A stretch of DNA of 64,000 nt from Acidimicrobiia bacterium (GTDB taxonomy: Bacteria; Actinomycetota; Acidimicrobiia; Spongiisociales; UBA5794), in NCBI GenBank assembly GCA_026985095.1, contig JALSQW010000018.1, positions 23,989 to 87,988 on the forward strand, in the 5' to 3' direction. A model generated the notes under the pieces. The model made no database searches, was not told where the DNA came from, and worked only from the letters and a program-made list of their open reading frames with translations. The translations under genes and the position numbers were made by a program. Within the stretch, counting starts at the first letter, position 1; each line of letters opens with the position of its first letter. Positions 41,172 to 51,022 of the stretch are shown here, piece after piece.

Positions 41172-41390
41172 TCAGGCCACGTCCCGGAACGACGGTTCCG
41201 GGACGCGTCGATCGTGCAGGACCCATCCGACCGGCGGTGTGATCCGATCGGCATGGGTCACGCAGAGCGGATAGCCGGTCCCGTCGATGCGCTCCCCCGT
41301 GAAATCGACCAGCCAGGCCTCGCGCACGTCGTACGCATAGGCCAGAACCGCCGACGGGGGCGCGGAACAACGGACACAGGCTGCCTTCAT
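41172..41390 (-). CDS. DUF3499-family small protein (72 aa)
   Basis: MKAACVRCSAPPSAVLAYAYD...YPLCVTHADRITPPVGWVLHD resembles the conserved actinobacterial DUF3499 pattern. Sits next to the manB region as in mycobacteria. Confidence 0.55.
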   Translation of the reverse strand: MKAACVRCSAPPSAVLAYAYDVREAWLVDFTGERIDGTGYPLCVTHADRITPPVGWVLHDRRVPEPSFRDVA

Positions 41391-41401
41391 GGCGCGCGAA
41401 C

Positions 41402-41866
41402 CTAGCGCCGTTCGTCGCCGGCGTCGGGCATTTCGTCCACCGTCGCCCGCTTCCACGCCGCTCGCAGCCATCGCCTCGGAGGAACCCCCGAGACCTGCCC
41501 CACGGGACGGCCGGTGGCGTCGACGACGACCGTCAACGGCACCGCCTCCACGCCTCGAGCCTCCAACGTCGCCCCCTCCAGCTCCCACGTGATCTCCCGC
41601 ACGGGTGCTCCGGTCCCCTCCACCGCGGCCAGAGCCGCCTTGCACGAGGAACAGTCCGTCGAGGTGAACAGGACGATCCCGGGCGTCGGTGCCAGATCCG
41701 ACACGTCGACCGGTGGATGCGACGGCCGCTGCCACCGCCCCGCCGCCCTGGCGACGACCACCGCCACCACGAGCAGCGCCGCGACCACGCCCAGGCGGAT
41801 CACCACCTCCACGTCGAGCACCTCATCGCACCGGAACCGCCGACAGGAACGCCACACCGCGCGCAT
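41402..41866 (-). CDS. membrane-anchored thioredoxin-fold protein (hypothetical)
   Basis: TM helix VVIRLGVVAALLVVAVVVA, then LFTSTDCSSCK. The true start is probably a GTG near 41821, so the first about 15 codons of the track ORF overlap the upstream gene. Confidence 0.45.
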   Translation of the reverse strand: MRAVWRSCRRFRCDEVLDVEVVIRLGVVAALLVVAVVVARAAGRWQRPSHPPVDVSDLAPTPGIVLFTSTDCSSCKAALAAVEGTGAPVREITWELEGATLEARGVEAVPLTVVVDATGRPVGQVSGVPPRRWLRAAWKRATVDEMPDAGDERR

Positions 41867-43214
41867 CGACGATCGACACCGCGACCGACACCGGGGCCGA
41901 ACCCACCACCCGGTACCCCTCGATGTCGTCGCCGGACTCGACGTCGACGGCCACCACGGTTCCCGCCTCGACGACCACCTTGTCGGGCTCCAGCCCGGTC
42001 GGCCCGAGCGGCTCGACCGCGACCGTGGCCGACGTCGAGCCGGTGTTCAGTACCCAGATGGTGGCCACCGAGTCCTCCAGCGACCCGGTCGCCGGCACCA
42101 GCCAGCGTTCGGCGGGCGATCGGACGCCCACCGTCCCCGCCACTCCCTCGATCGGCGGCCGAACCTCGCCCCCCTCCTCGTCTTCAGGGGGAACCGACTC
42201 CTCATCGACGACCGGAGGCAGCGCCTCCACCGTCGCCGCCACCGGTCCGCCAGATCGCAACCGCACCCCGAAGGGTGGCGCGGCGATCTCCGCCAGGGGG
42301 ATCCTGATCGGGGTCGACGCCTGGACCTCCACCGTCGTCGCCTCCTCGATGGACCCATCGGGGCCGTACACGTCGATGACCACCGACACCGGCGAGTCGT
42401 CGGCATTCGAGATCGTCAGGTACGGCACCAGTTCACCGGCGGCCGTGACCGGGAACTCCCAGGTGGTCGCCGGACCGGACCCGGGCCAGGACGCCTCGTC
42501 GGTATCGCCCGCCAGCACCAGGGAAGGGATGACGAGCCCTTGGCTCGTCGACACCAGCACCGACAGCACGTCACGCAACGGGAGGGTCGTCGTCAGGTCG
42601 ATCGTCGCCCAACTCCGGCCGGCCACATCGAAACCCTCGTATTCGGGCAGCGGCTCGGACCCGAACTCCGACAACGCGGTGATGTCCACCTTGGCGAGCT
42701 CCGCGAAGGGGTTGAAGAGCCGCAGCTCGACGAAGAGCCCGGTCGCCGTCGAACCGCCGGTCAGATGCCACTGCTTCGGCACCGACGTGACACACCGATC
42801 ACCGGTGACCACCGCGTCGGACCACACCACCGCTCCCGCCGCAGCCGGACCGTCGTCGAACTCCACGATGGCGGGGCTCTCGCCCCGCCGGACGACCGAC
42901 CCGATATCGAGGTCCACGGCGTCGAGGGCACGAAGGGTCAACGGCAAGGTGTCGGGCGCCTCGTTCGGAAACGGGCTCGGCAACGACACCAATGCCTCCA
43001 CCGGCACCTCCGAGGCCAACCCGATCACCGAGTCCCGAACCGCCCCCGCGTCGACCCATGGGCAGTACCAGGCACTGGTCCGACCCACGGCGTCGCCCGC
43101 GTCCAGCGTCGTGTCCGTTCCGAAATCGGGGCCTGAAGGCTCACCGGGTCGGACCGCCGTCGACGCCACCACGGCGAGCACCGCCACGACCACCAACGCG
43201 ACCATCCTCCTCAT
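41823..43214 (-). CDS. secreted/membrane-anchored hypothetical protein (DUF5719-like)
   Basis: Signal anchor MRRMVALVVVAVLAVVAST. About 460 aa, beta-rich, no catalytic motif. Its start overlaps the stop of the GT2-membrane fusion gene (ATGA). Confidence 0.5.
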   Translation of the reverse strand: MRRMVALVVVAVLAVVASTAVRPGEPSGPDFGTDTTLDAGDAVGRTSAWYCPWVDAGAVRDSVIGLASEVPVEALVSLPSPFPNEAPDTLPLTLRALDAVDLDIGSVVRRGESPAIVEFDDGPAAAGAVVWSDAVVTGDRCVTSVPKQWHLTGGSTATGLFVELRLFNPFAELAKVDITALSEFGSEPLPEYEGFDVAGRSWATIDLTTTLPLRDVLSVLVSTSQGLVIPSLVLAGDTDEASWPGSGPATTWEFPVTAAGELVPYLTISNADDSPVSVVIDVYGPDGSIEEATTVEVQASTPIRIPLAEIAAPPFGVRLRSGGPVAATVEALPPVVDEESVPPEDEEGGEVRPPIEGVAGTVGVRSPAERWLVPATGSLEDSVATIWVLNTGSTSATVAVEPLGPTGLEPDKVVVEAGTVVAVDVESGDDIEGYRVVGSAPVSVAVSIVDARGVAFLSAVPVR

Positions 43215-46000
43215 GCCGACCTCCTCCCCCAGAACGCCACCGCGGCGAGGAACACGAACCATCCGAAGGCCACCCACGCCTGCACCCGCCGTTCGGGCAA
43301 CACCCCGAACGACACGGTCCCGGTGTCCGCAGCGACCTCGTTACGCCAGTCCACCTGTTTCCACGGCGACGGACCCCACCGGGGATCGGGGTTCTCGGCG
43401 ACCACGACCCGGCCCCCGGCGATCGAAGCACCCTCGTAACGCCCGGCCTTCCACGACCATGGTGCCCCATCGGAACCGACCGCACGGAACGCCTCCGCCT
43501 CGTTGGCGAAGGTGGCGTCACGCAACCCGCCACCGAGCGGCACGAGATCGAGCTGCCGGCCCAGAACGGTCTTCCACGGTTCGGTCTGGGCCGTGTCCCC
43601 CCGCTCGGCCAGAACGACGATCCACCGGATGCCGAACTGCGCCAGCACCTCCCCTCCCCTGAGCACATCCTGGTCGACGATGGCGCTCAGCGCGTCCTCC
43701 AGCGCGGCGTCGCCCGAGTGCGGATCTCCCAGGTCCAGCTCCCACAACGCCGGCATCGGGGCCGACACCACACGGTACGCCGAACCCCGGAACGGGCGAC
43801 TGTCACCGGGGATGACGGCCGGATCGCCCACCAACAGCACCCGGGATGCCGTCGGATCCCCAGGACGGGCCACGGTGAAATCCAAGGCGGCGTGCAGACG
43901 ATCGCCCGGGAGCCCGGCCCGTCCTGCCAGCAGCGGCGCCATCGACGCCGCCACCAACATCGTCACCCCGACCAGACCCAACGCCAAGACACCGCGTCGC
44001 CAACCGACGACCTCATCGACCCGAAGGAGGCCCTCCACCGCCGCTCCGATCAACGCCCCGAGGCCGAGGCTCCCGACCGCCAGAGCCACGGCCACGACCA
44101 CCAGGCCCACGTCGAGGTCCACCGCCCTGGCACCCGCCAACGAAGCCGCCGCCAGCACCGCACCCCACCCAGAGACCCCAGCCAGGGACGACGGCAGCCC
44201 CACCACCGCGGCGAGGACGAGCACCCCGGCGGCGACGAGCACCACCGGGGACGTCGACCAGAAGAACGAGCCGTCGGTCAGGTAGTGCCCGAGATCCACC
44301 CGTCCCAGCCACGGGAAGAGCATCAGGACGCCGCCGACCGACCCGACCACGACCAGCGCCAACGCCCGCAACGTCGCCCGGAAGGGGAGGAACACGAGGG
44401 CCGCGAGCACCATCACCGCCGGCGCCGCCAAGGCCAGCGGTTCGAGCACCCCGACCAGCCCGACGAGCATCGCCACCGTCGCGACCCTGCCCACCCGGCC
44501 GGCCGTCGCGTTCGGCCACCGGAGCCACGCGGTCCGTAGCACCCACGGCAGGATCCCGATCGCGAAGAGCGCTCCGAGCGACGTGGTGGCCGCCACCCCC
44601 TGAGCGAGCGGTCCGGCGACGTAGACGACACCGCCCAGGACCGCCGCCACGGTCCGGATCGACCAGGTCCGCAACAACCGCGCCATACCCAACAGCCCGA
44701 AGCCGTAGGCCACGAACACGAACACGTACTCGACCAGACGTCGCGAGCCGAACACCAGCCGCTCGACGACACCGATCGCCCCGATCAGCGGAGGGAGCGG
44801 ATCGACGCTCCCCAACCCGGCCGGGTTCCATCCCCCTGCGTACGCCCGCAGCGCGCCGCCCGGATCGGGGAACGGCAACGACCGGCCCACCGCCGGAAGC
44901 CCCTCGGACCAGATGGCCCTGGTGGCCAGGAGCACGAACGCGACCGCCAACAACGCGGTCACCACCGCAGGACGACGAAGCTCCCGACCGATGGCCTCGA
45001 CGCTGAGGCGCTCCTCGCCCGGCATCCGCCGACGCGCCAGAGCCACCACATCGGACACGATCGCCTTCAACCCCAACGGGCCGGTGACCTGGAACCGGAA
45101 CAGTTCCGCGTCGTCCGCCAGACGGCCCCGGCGGGCCTGTCGCCGAGCCGCCGCGGTCGAGGGGAGATGCGCCAGGTACCACGACCACGCCTTGACGTGA
45201 CCCCACAGGGTCCAGCGACCCGCCAGCGGCGCCAGCACCGATTCCACGATGGCGCCGAGCAACGCCAACGGGAGGACCCACGCCAGCGTGGCGGGCCCGT
45301 AGACCTTCGACACGGCGCGCAACCGGCTCGCCTCCTCGCGCCAGCCCGCGGTCGGGACATCGGGCGCCAACACCTCCGAGGACGGCACGATCACGACCCT
45401 GGCGCCCCGCAGCCGGGCCCGCTGGCACAGATCCACCGCGGCGGCCGTCGGCGCCATCGAACGATCCGGCCCGCCCAGGCCGGTGGCCAGATCTCGCCGC
45501 AGCAGCATCGACGAGCCCGACACGGCGGCCACGTCCCGGACGACGTCGTACTGACCCTGGTCGCGTTCGTCGGCGTCCAGACCCGTGAACGGTACGTCGA
45601 ACACGTCCGTCGCCAGCCCGACGGACAGGAGGTGCTGCGGCCGCTGCCGATCGAGGACCTTCGAGCCGGCCACCCCGGCGCCGACCCGCTCGGCCTCGCG
45701 CACGAGCGACAACAGCGCGTCGGGGCGAGGCACCACCCCGGCCCGAACGATCCACAGGTGCGACACGTCGAGTCCAGAGGCGTCGATGACCGAACCGATC
45801 GTGGGGGTCCACTCGACGTGCTCGCCCTCCGCGACGCGACGACCAGCCCGGTCCCCCCCGACGACCAAGATCCGAGCCGGACCGTACACTTGCCGGCGGA
45901 TCGCATCGATCGTCGTCGAGATGGACGTCGGGTCGCCGGCGAGCACGGCGGCGACGACGGAAGCCTGGGGAAGTTCCTCGGGGGACATGGAGGCTGTCAT
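43211..46000 (-). CDS. glycosyltransferase family 2 domain fused to large polytopic membrane domain (929 aa)
   Basis: N-terminal GT2-like fold (SVVAAVLAGD...DADERDQG) followed by more than 12 TM helices and a C-terminal extracytoplasmic region. Confidence 0.65.
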   Translation of the reverse strand: MTASMSPEELPQASVVAAVLAGDPTSISTTIDAIRRQVYGPARILVVGGDRAGRRVAEGEHVEWTPTIGSVIDASGLDVSHLWIVRAGVVPRPDALLSLVREAERVGAGVAGSKVLDRQRPQHLLSVGLATDVFDVPFTGLDADERDQGQYDVVRDVAAVSGSSMLLRRDLATGLGGPDRSMAPTAAAVDLCQRARLRGARVVIVPSSEVLAPDVPTAGWREEASRLRAVSKVYGPATLAWVLPLALLGAIVESVLAPLAGRWTLWGHVKAWSWYLAHLPSTAAARRQARRGRLADDAELFRFQVTGPLGLKAIVSDVVALARRRMPGEERLSVEAIGRELRRPAVVTALLAVAFVLLATRAIWSEGLPAVGRSLPFPDPGGALRAYAGGWNPAGLGSVDPLPPLIGAIGVVERLVFGSRRLVEYVFVFVAYGFGLLGMARLLRTWSIRTVAAVLGGVVYVAGPLAQGVAATTSLGALFAIGILPWVLRTAWLRWPNATAGRVGRVATVAMLVGLVGVLEPLALAAPAVMVLAALVFLPFRATLRALALVVVGSVGGVLMLFPWLGRVDLGHYLTDGSFFWSTSPVVLVAAGVLVLAAVVGLPSSLAGVSGWGAVLAAASLAGARAVDLDVGLVVVAVALAVGSLGLGALIGAAVEGLLRVDEVVGWRRGVLALGLVGVTMLVAASMAPLLAGRAGLPGDRLHAALDFTVARPGDPTASRVLLVGDPAVIPGDSRPFRGSAYRVVSAPMPALWELDLGDPHSGDAALEDALSAIVDQDVLRGGEVLAQFGIRWIVVLAERGDTAQTEPWKTVLGRQLDLVPLGGGLRDATFANEAEAFRAVGSDGAPWSWKAGRYEGASIAGGRVVVAENPDPRWGPSPWKQVDWRNEVAADTGTVSFGVLPERRVQAWVAFGWFVFLAAVAFWGRRSA

Positions 46001-46955
46001 TCAAGGAGGATCTCACGCCTACGGCAATCCGCGCGTGACCCTGCTGTCGGGCGGAGTCGGTGGAGCCCGCATGGCCAGGGCCCTCCGGTCCGTCCTCCCC
46101 GCCACCTCGCTGACCGTCATCGTCAACGTCGGGGATGACGAGACCATCTACGGCGTCCACGTCTCACCCGACGTCGACACCGTCGTGTACACCCTCGCCG
46201 GGATCGAGGGCCCTCGAGGGTGGGGGATCGCCGACGACACGTTCGCCATGCTCGACCATCTCGCCGCCCTCGGCGTCGACACCACATTCCGGCTCGGCGA
46301 CCGGGACCTCGCCACCTGCCTCTTCCGCACCGATGTCCTCGCGCACGGCGGCACCCTGTCGATCGCGACGTCACGGATCGCCACGAGCCTCGGTGCCGAC
46401 ACCGAGATCGTCCCCGCCACCGACGACCTGTTACGCACCGACGTGCGGATCGACGACGGGAGCTGGCTCACGTTCCAGGACTACTTCGTGGCGCGACGCC
46501 ATCGCGACGCCGTCCGCGATCTCCGCTTCCGTGGCGGATCGTCCGCTCAGCCCCCGCCGGGGGTCGTCGCCGCCGTCGCCACCAGCGACCTGGTGATCAT
46601 CGCCCCATCCAACCCTCCCCTGTCGATCTGGCCCATCCTCGCCGTCGACGAGCTCGGCGACGCCGTCCGCAGTCACGAGCGGACCGTCGCCGTCAGCCCC
46701 CTGTTCGGCGGCAAGCCCCTCAAGGGACCCGCCGATCGCGTCATGGAGGGGCTGGGTCTGCATCCCGGCAACGTCGGCGTCGCCGAGGCCTACCAGGGCG
46801 TCATCACGGACCTCGTGATCGACCGGGGCGACGACGTCGACGTCGCCGTGCTGCGGGACCGCGGGCTCCGGGTCCATGTCACCGACACCCGCATCGCGGA
46901 GCCCGACGCCGGGCGCCGCTTCGCGCACTGGCTCCTCGAGGCGGTCGCTCCATGA
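45987..46955 (+). CDS. cofD: 2-phospho-L-lactate transferase (F420 biosynthesis)
   Basis: RVTLLSGGVGGARMARAL...PSNPPLSIWPIL are CofD/FbiA signatures. Start ambiguous: ATG at 45987 after GGGGG, or GTG at 46035. Either lies within about 15-50 nt of, or overlaps, the divergent start of the GT2-membrane gene. Confidence 0.85.
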   Translation: MEAVIQGGSHAYGNPRVTLLSGGVGGARMARALRSVLPATSLTVIVNVGDDETIYGVHVSPDVDTVVYTLAGIEGPRGWGIADDTFAMLDHLAALGVDTTFRLGDRDLATCLFRTDVLAHGGTLSIATSRIATSLGADTEIVPATDDLLRTDVRIDDGSWLTFQDYFVARRHRDAVRDLRFRGGSSAQPPPGVVAAVATSDLVIIAPSNPPLSIWPILAVDELGDAVRSHERTVAVSPLFGGKPLKGPADRVMEGLGLHPGNVGVAEAYQGVITDLVIDRGDDVDVAVLRDRGLRVHVTDTRIAEPDAGRRFAHWLLEAVAP

Positions 46956-47653
46956 CCGGCCCCATCACCGTCATCCCCATCGACGGGGTTCCCGAGATCC
47001 AGCCCGGCGACGACCTCGGAGCGATCCTCGCCGACCGCATGGAGGCGCGAGGACTCGAACCGGCTCCCGGCGACGTGCTCGTCGTCACCCACAAGGTCGT
47101 CTCCAAGGCCGAGGGGAGGATCCGGCCTGCCCCCGACGATGCGGCCTACCGCGCCGTCGTCGAGGAGGAAGCCCGCGCCGTGCTCCGGCGCCGCGGCGAC
47201 CTCACGATCGCCGTCACCCGCCACGGCTTCATCTGCGCCAATGCCGGCGTCGACCGCTCCAACACCGACGAAGGCTCCGTCGTTCTCCTCCCCATCGACC
47301 CGGACCGAAGCGCCCATCGCCTTCGCACGACCCTCCGGCAGCGCCTGGGGATGGACCTGGCCGTGGTCGTCACCGACACGTTCGGCCGACCATGGCGACG
47401 GGGGCTCGTGGACGTCGCCATCGGGATCTCGGGTCTCCCCGCCGTCGTCGACCTCCGCGGCACGCTGGACGGGAACGGCCGGACCCTGGAGGTGACCGAG
47501 ATCGCCGTGGTCGACGAGATCGCCGCCGCCGCCGACCTCGTCATGGGCAAGGCCGCTCGGGTTCCCGCGGCGCTCGTTAGCGGCATGGACCTCACCGGCG
47601 AGGGGCGAGCCACCGACCTCGTGCGCCCCGCCGGCGAAGATCTCTTCCGCTGA
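46952..47653 (+). CDS. cofE: coenzyme F420:L-glutamate ligase (stand-alone CofE, no nitroreductase domain)
   Basis: CofE fold motifs (VIPIDGVPEIQPGDDL...VVTHKVVSKAEGR...ANAGVDRSN). ATGA overlap with the cofD stop. 233 aa. Confidence 0.85.
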   Translation: MTGPITVIPIDGVPEIQPGDDLGAILADRMEARGLEPAPGDVLVVTHKVVSKAEGRIRPAPDDAAYRAVVEEEARAVLRRRGDLTIAVTRHGFICANAGVDRSNTDEGSVVLLPIDPDRSAHRLRTTLRQRLGMDLAVVVTDTFGRPWRRGLVDVAIGISGLPAVVDLRGTLDGNGRTLEVTEIAVVDEIAAAADLVMGKAARVPAALVSGMDLTGEGRATDLVRPAGEDLFR

Positions 47654-47663
47654 ACGCCCGACG

Positions 47664-48542
47664 ATGCCCGAACTCCCCGAGATCGAGGCCTACCGGGCGG
47701 CGTTGGAACCACGGATCGTCGACCGAACGATCGGCGGCGTGACCGTCCGGTCCGTCTCGCTGCTTCGCACCTTCGATCCGAGCATCGACGACATCGTCGG
47801 CCGACGCGTCACCGCCACATCCCGGTTGGGGAAGCGCATCGTCCTCCACCTGGACGGCGAACGACACCTGGTGATCCACCTCATGACCGCCGGGCGTCTC
47901 CGGTGGGGCCGACCCGGCGCACCGATCCCCGGCAAGATCGGACTCGCCGCTGTGTCCTTCGACCACGGAACGCTCCTGATGACCGAAGCCGGATCGAAGC
48001 GTCGAGCGTCGTGGCACCTGGTCGTCGGCGCCGAGGGTCTCGCAGCCCTCGACCCCGGCGGCGTCGAGATCGCCCAGATCGACACCGAGACGTTCGTCTG
48101 GCGGCTCCGCGCCGAACGTCACACCCTGAAGAGGACCCTCACCGACCCGGCGGTGTTCGCAGGCATCGGCGGCGCCTTCGCCGACGAGATCCTGTTCGCC
48201 GCGGGCTTGTCCCCCACACAGATGACCACGAACCTCGACGACGAGCACGCCGCCCGCCTCCACCGCACCGCCGTCGACGTCCTCGCCCACTGGACCGCCT
48301 TGCGCATCGCCGAGACCGGCGACGACTTCCCCTCCAAGGTGACCGCGTTCCATCCCGACATGGCCGTCCACGGTCGCTTCGGACGACCGTGCCGAACGTG
48401 CGGGGCGACGATCCAACGGATCGTCCACGGTGGGCGCGAGACGAACTACTGCCCCGGCTGCCAGACCGGCGGCCGGATCCTCGCCGACCGCGCCCTGTCC
48501 CGGCTCCTCAAGGACGACTGGCCGCGGAGTATCGGACCCTGA
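47664..48542 (+). CDS. formamidopyrimidine-DNA glycosylase / endonuclease VIII family (Fpg/Nei)
   Basis: N-terminal MPELPEIE (catalytic Pro2/Glu3), an H2TH region, and a C-terminal zinc finger CRTCGATIQ...CPGCQ. Confidence 0.9.
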   Translation: MPELPEIEAYRAALEPRIVDRTIGGVTVRSVSLLRTFDPSIDDIVGRRVTATSRLGKRIVLHLDGERHLVIHLMTAGRLRWGRPGAPIPGKIGLAAVSFDHGTLLMTEAGSKRRASWHLVVGAEGLAALDPGGVEIAQIDTETFVWRLRAERHTLKRTLTDPAVFAGIGGAFADEILFAAGLSPTQMTTNLDDEHAARLHRTAVDVLAHWTALRIAETGDDFPSKVTAFHPDMAVHGRFGRPCRTCGATIQRIVHGGRETNYCPGCQTGGRILADRALSRLLKDDWPRSIGP

Positions 48543-48558
48543 CGCCGCGGCGCATCGA

Positions 48559-49500
48559 TCAGCGCCGACGGAACCAGTCCACCGTCCGGGCCAGGCCTTC
48601 CTCGATGGGTGTCCAGGCCTCCCAACCCAGATGTCTGGCCGCCTCGGCGGCCTCCAGGCACGATCGGGCCTGCTCGCCCGGGCGGGGAGCGGCGAAGACC
48701 GGCTCCCCCGACGCTCCAGTCGCCGTCTGCAACATCCGGTAGAGCGCCAGGATCGATGTCTCGACACCGGTCCCGATGTTGAGGTACCGCCCGCCGCCGA
48801 TCCGGGCCCCCCGCACCAACGCGTCGGTCACGTCCTCGACGAACACGAAATCCCGCGTCTGGGACCCGTCCCCGTAGATCGTCGGCGTCCGACCGGCCAG
48901 CATCGCATCGATGAAGATCGCCACGACCCCGGCTTCGCCGAGGGGATCCTGACCTGGCCCGTAGACGTTCGAGAACCCCAACGACAGGTAGTCGAGACCG
49001 TGAGCACGGCGGTAGTACGCCAGGTACTCGTCGGCGATCAGCTTGGCGACACCGTACGGCGACTCCGGTTCCGGGGACGCCGTCTCGGGAGTGGGGACGG
49101 GTTCGACGGCCCCGAACCGCGCCCCTCCGGACGAGGCGAACACGACCCGTTCCACCTCCGCCAGGCGGGCCGCGTCGAGGACGTTGACCAGACCCGCCAC
49201 GTTCACCTCGGCGTCGAACACCGGGTCGGTCACCGACCGGCGCACGTCGATCTGGGCCGCCAGGTGGAACACGACGTCGGGAACCGCGTCGCGGACGACG
49301 TCACGCAGTGCGGGGTTGCGGACGTCGAGCTGATGGAAGGTCAACCGACCCGACGCCCGCGCCTGGGAGAGCCGCGCCAGGGTCCCGGAGCTGAGGTCGT
49401 CGATGACCAAGACGGACACTCCGTCATCGACGAGCCGCGTCACGAGGTTGGCACCGATGAACCCGGCGCCGCCGGTCACGATCGCGCGACGGAACGGCAT
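48559..49500 (-). CDS. NAD-dependent epimerase/dehydratase (UDP-glucose 4-epimerase-like)
   Basis: TGGAGFIG Rossmann motif and a YGVAK catalytic Tyr/Lys. Confidence 0.85.
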   Translation of the reverse strand: MPFRRAIVTGGAGFIGANLVTRLVDDGVSVLVIDDLSSGTLARLSQARASGRLTFHQLDVRNPALRDVVRDAVPDVVFHLAAQIDVRRSVTDPVFDAEVNVAGLVNVLDAARLAEVERVVFASSGGARFGAVEPVPTPETASPEPESPYGVAKLIADEYLAYYRRAHGLDYLSLGFSNVYGPGQDPLGEAGVVAIFIDAMLAGRTPTIYGDGSQTRDFVFVEDVTDALVRGARIGGGRYLNIGTGVETSILALYRMLQTATGASGEPVFAAPRPGEQARSCLEAAEAARHLGWEAWTPIEEGLARTVDWFRRR

Positions 49501-50255
49501 CAGCGACGCGGCGGGAGCGTCCGGTGGAAGAAGCCACCGACGCGGTCGATGAGGTCGCGGAAGGCGGCGTCGTCGTACCCATCGAGCCAGTCGTCCCAGA
49601 AGTTGTCGGGAGCGTTCTCGTAGAGGGCGAACTCGGCCTGAGGCGCCGCCTCCCGCAGCGCCGAGAAGCGATCGGCGTCGAACCGTGGGTCGGCCTTTCC
49701 GAACACGCCGAGGGTCGGCACCTCGACCCCTCCCATGGCCACCACGAGGTCCCCTGGGAGCGGCAACCCGTCCGCCGCCGCCAGCGGTGCACCGACGACC
49801 GCCAGCGACCGGATCCCCGTGAGATGTGATGCCGCGTCGGCGGCGACGACGCCGCCGTCGCCGAACCCGAGGAGCCCGAAGCCGTCCTCGGCGTTGGACC
49901 AGAACCCGGCGGGATTGGCGAGGAACTCGGCCACGCCCTCGAGGTCCGCCATCAACCGGGCCGACGGGATCGCGACGAAACCCTTGGAGGCCACCTCAAC
50001 GGGCACGGTGCGATCCGGCGCATCTCCCCGGTACGGGTCGGGAGCGATGGCGGCGAGCCCGTGGCGGGCGATACGCCGGCAGATGTCCTTGACCGACGAC
50101 GTCACCCCCCATGCCGACGGCACGATCATCACCGTCGGCCACTCACCGGCGAGATCGGGGCGAGCCAGGTACCCCGACAGGGTCCGAGCCCCCACGGGCA
50201 CGTCGATGGTCCCGTACAAGATGAGCGTATCGCCCTCGCCCTTCAGCACGCTCAT
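49500..50255 (-). CDS. dienelactone hydrolase family protein
   Basis: Alpha/beta hydrolase pattern. Start at MSVLKGEGD has a GGGAGGAAGG RBS and overlaps the birA stop. Confidence 0.75.
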   Translation of the reverse strand: MSVLKGEGDTLILYGTIDVPVGARTLSGYLARPDLAGEWPTVMIVPSAWGVTSSVKDICRRIARHGLAAIAPDPYRGDAPDRTVPVEVASKGFVAIPSARLMADLEGVAEFLANPAGFWSNAEDGFGLLGFGDGGVVAADAASHLTGIRSLAVVGAPLAAADGLPLPGDLVVAMGGVEVPTLGVFGKADPRFDADRFSALREAAPQAEFALYENAPDNFWDDWLDGYDDAAFRDLIDRVGGFFHRTLPPRR

Positions 50256-50971
50256 GATCGACCTTCCTCCCGGTCCCCCATCGTACCTGCCGGCCGGACC
50301 CGCACGTCGCCCGCCATCACCTCGACGAGGCCGTCGGCCGTCTCGATCACCAGGCCGCCACCGGGCGCGATGTCCACCGCCCGGCCGCGACCGTCCTCCC
50401 ATTCCACCTCGCGCCCGACCGTGACACACACGCTGCGGTACTCGTCGTGCCCCCAGTCGCGGGCCGGTCGGGCGAGGCGCTGCAGGACCCGGTCGACCCA
50501 CCGAACGGCGATCTCCCGGCCGACGTCGGGTCCGGGATCGTCTCCGAACAGCGCCCCGGCTCCTTCGGGGGTCTCCCGCCACCACAGGTCCAAACCCATC
50601 CCCACCGCCACCCGATGGTCGGTTCCCTCCACGAGGATGCCCCCGACCTTGAGCTCGTCCACCATCAGATCGTTCGGCCACTTCAAGCTCAGCTGCACAC
50701 CGGTCGTCGCCGCGATCGCGTCCCGCGCCGCGAGGGCTGCGACCAGCGGCAACAGCGGCCAGTCGTCCACGGACCATGGCGGAGCGAACGCGAAGGACGC
50801 CGCGACCGCCCGATCGGCGTTCCACCACGGCCGGCCGCCCCGCCCCCGGCCGGACTCCTGAGCGGCCGCGACGACGAGCACCGGAGCGCCGCGGCGGCCG
50901 AACTCCTCGGCCGCCAGATCCTGCGTCGAGGACACCGTGTCGCGCTCGACGATGACGTATGGTGTATCCAA
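50252..50971 (-). CDS. birA: biotin--[acetyl-CoA-carboxylase] ligase (group I, no DNA-binding domain)
   Basis: GRGRGGRPW biotin-binding motif. 239 aa. Confidence 0.9.
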   Translation of the reverse strand: MDTPYVIVERDTVSSTQDLAAEEFGRRGAPVLVVAAAQESGRGRGGRPWWNADRAVAASFAFAPPWSVDDWPLLPLVAALAARDAIAATTGVQLSLKWPNDLMVDELKVGGILVEGTDHRVAVGMGLDLWWRETPEGAGALFGDDPGPDVGREIAVRWVDRVLQRLARPARDWGHDEYRSVCVTVGREVEWEDGRGRAVDIAPGGGLVIETADGLVEVMAGDVRVRPAGTMGDREEGRS

Positions 50972-51022
50972 CGTGGTCCCTTCGCAGTCGAACCTGAGAC
51001 CGAGAGCCTACCGGGAGGATCG

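Noticed and set aside
41514-46160. Several 500-900-aa ORFs (41514..43136 +, 41689..43662 +, 42992..44539 +, 44013..46160 -, 45167..46138 +)
   Set aside because: These are Arg/Pro/Gly-rich antisense or off-frame artefacts overlapping the genuine membrane-protein genes 41823..43214 and 43211..46000.
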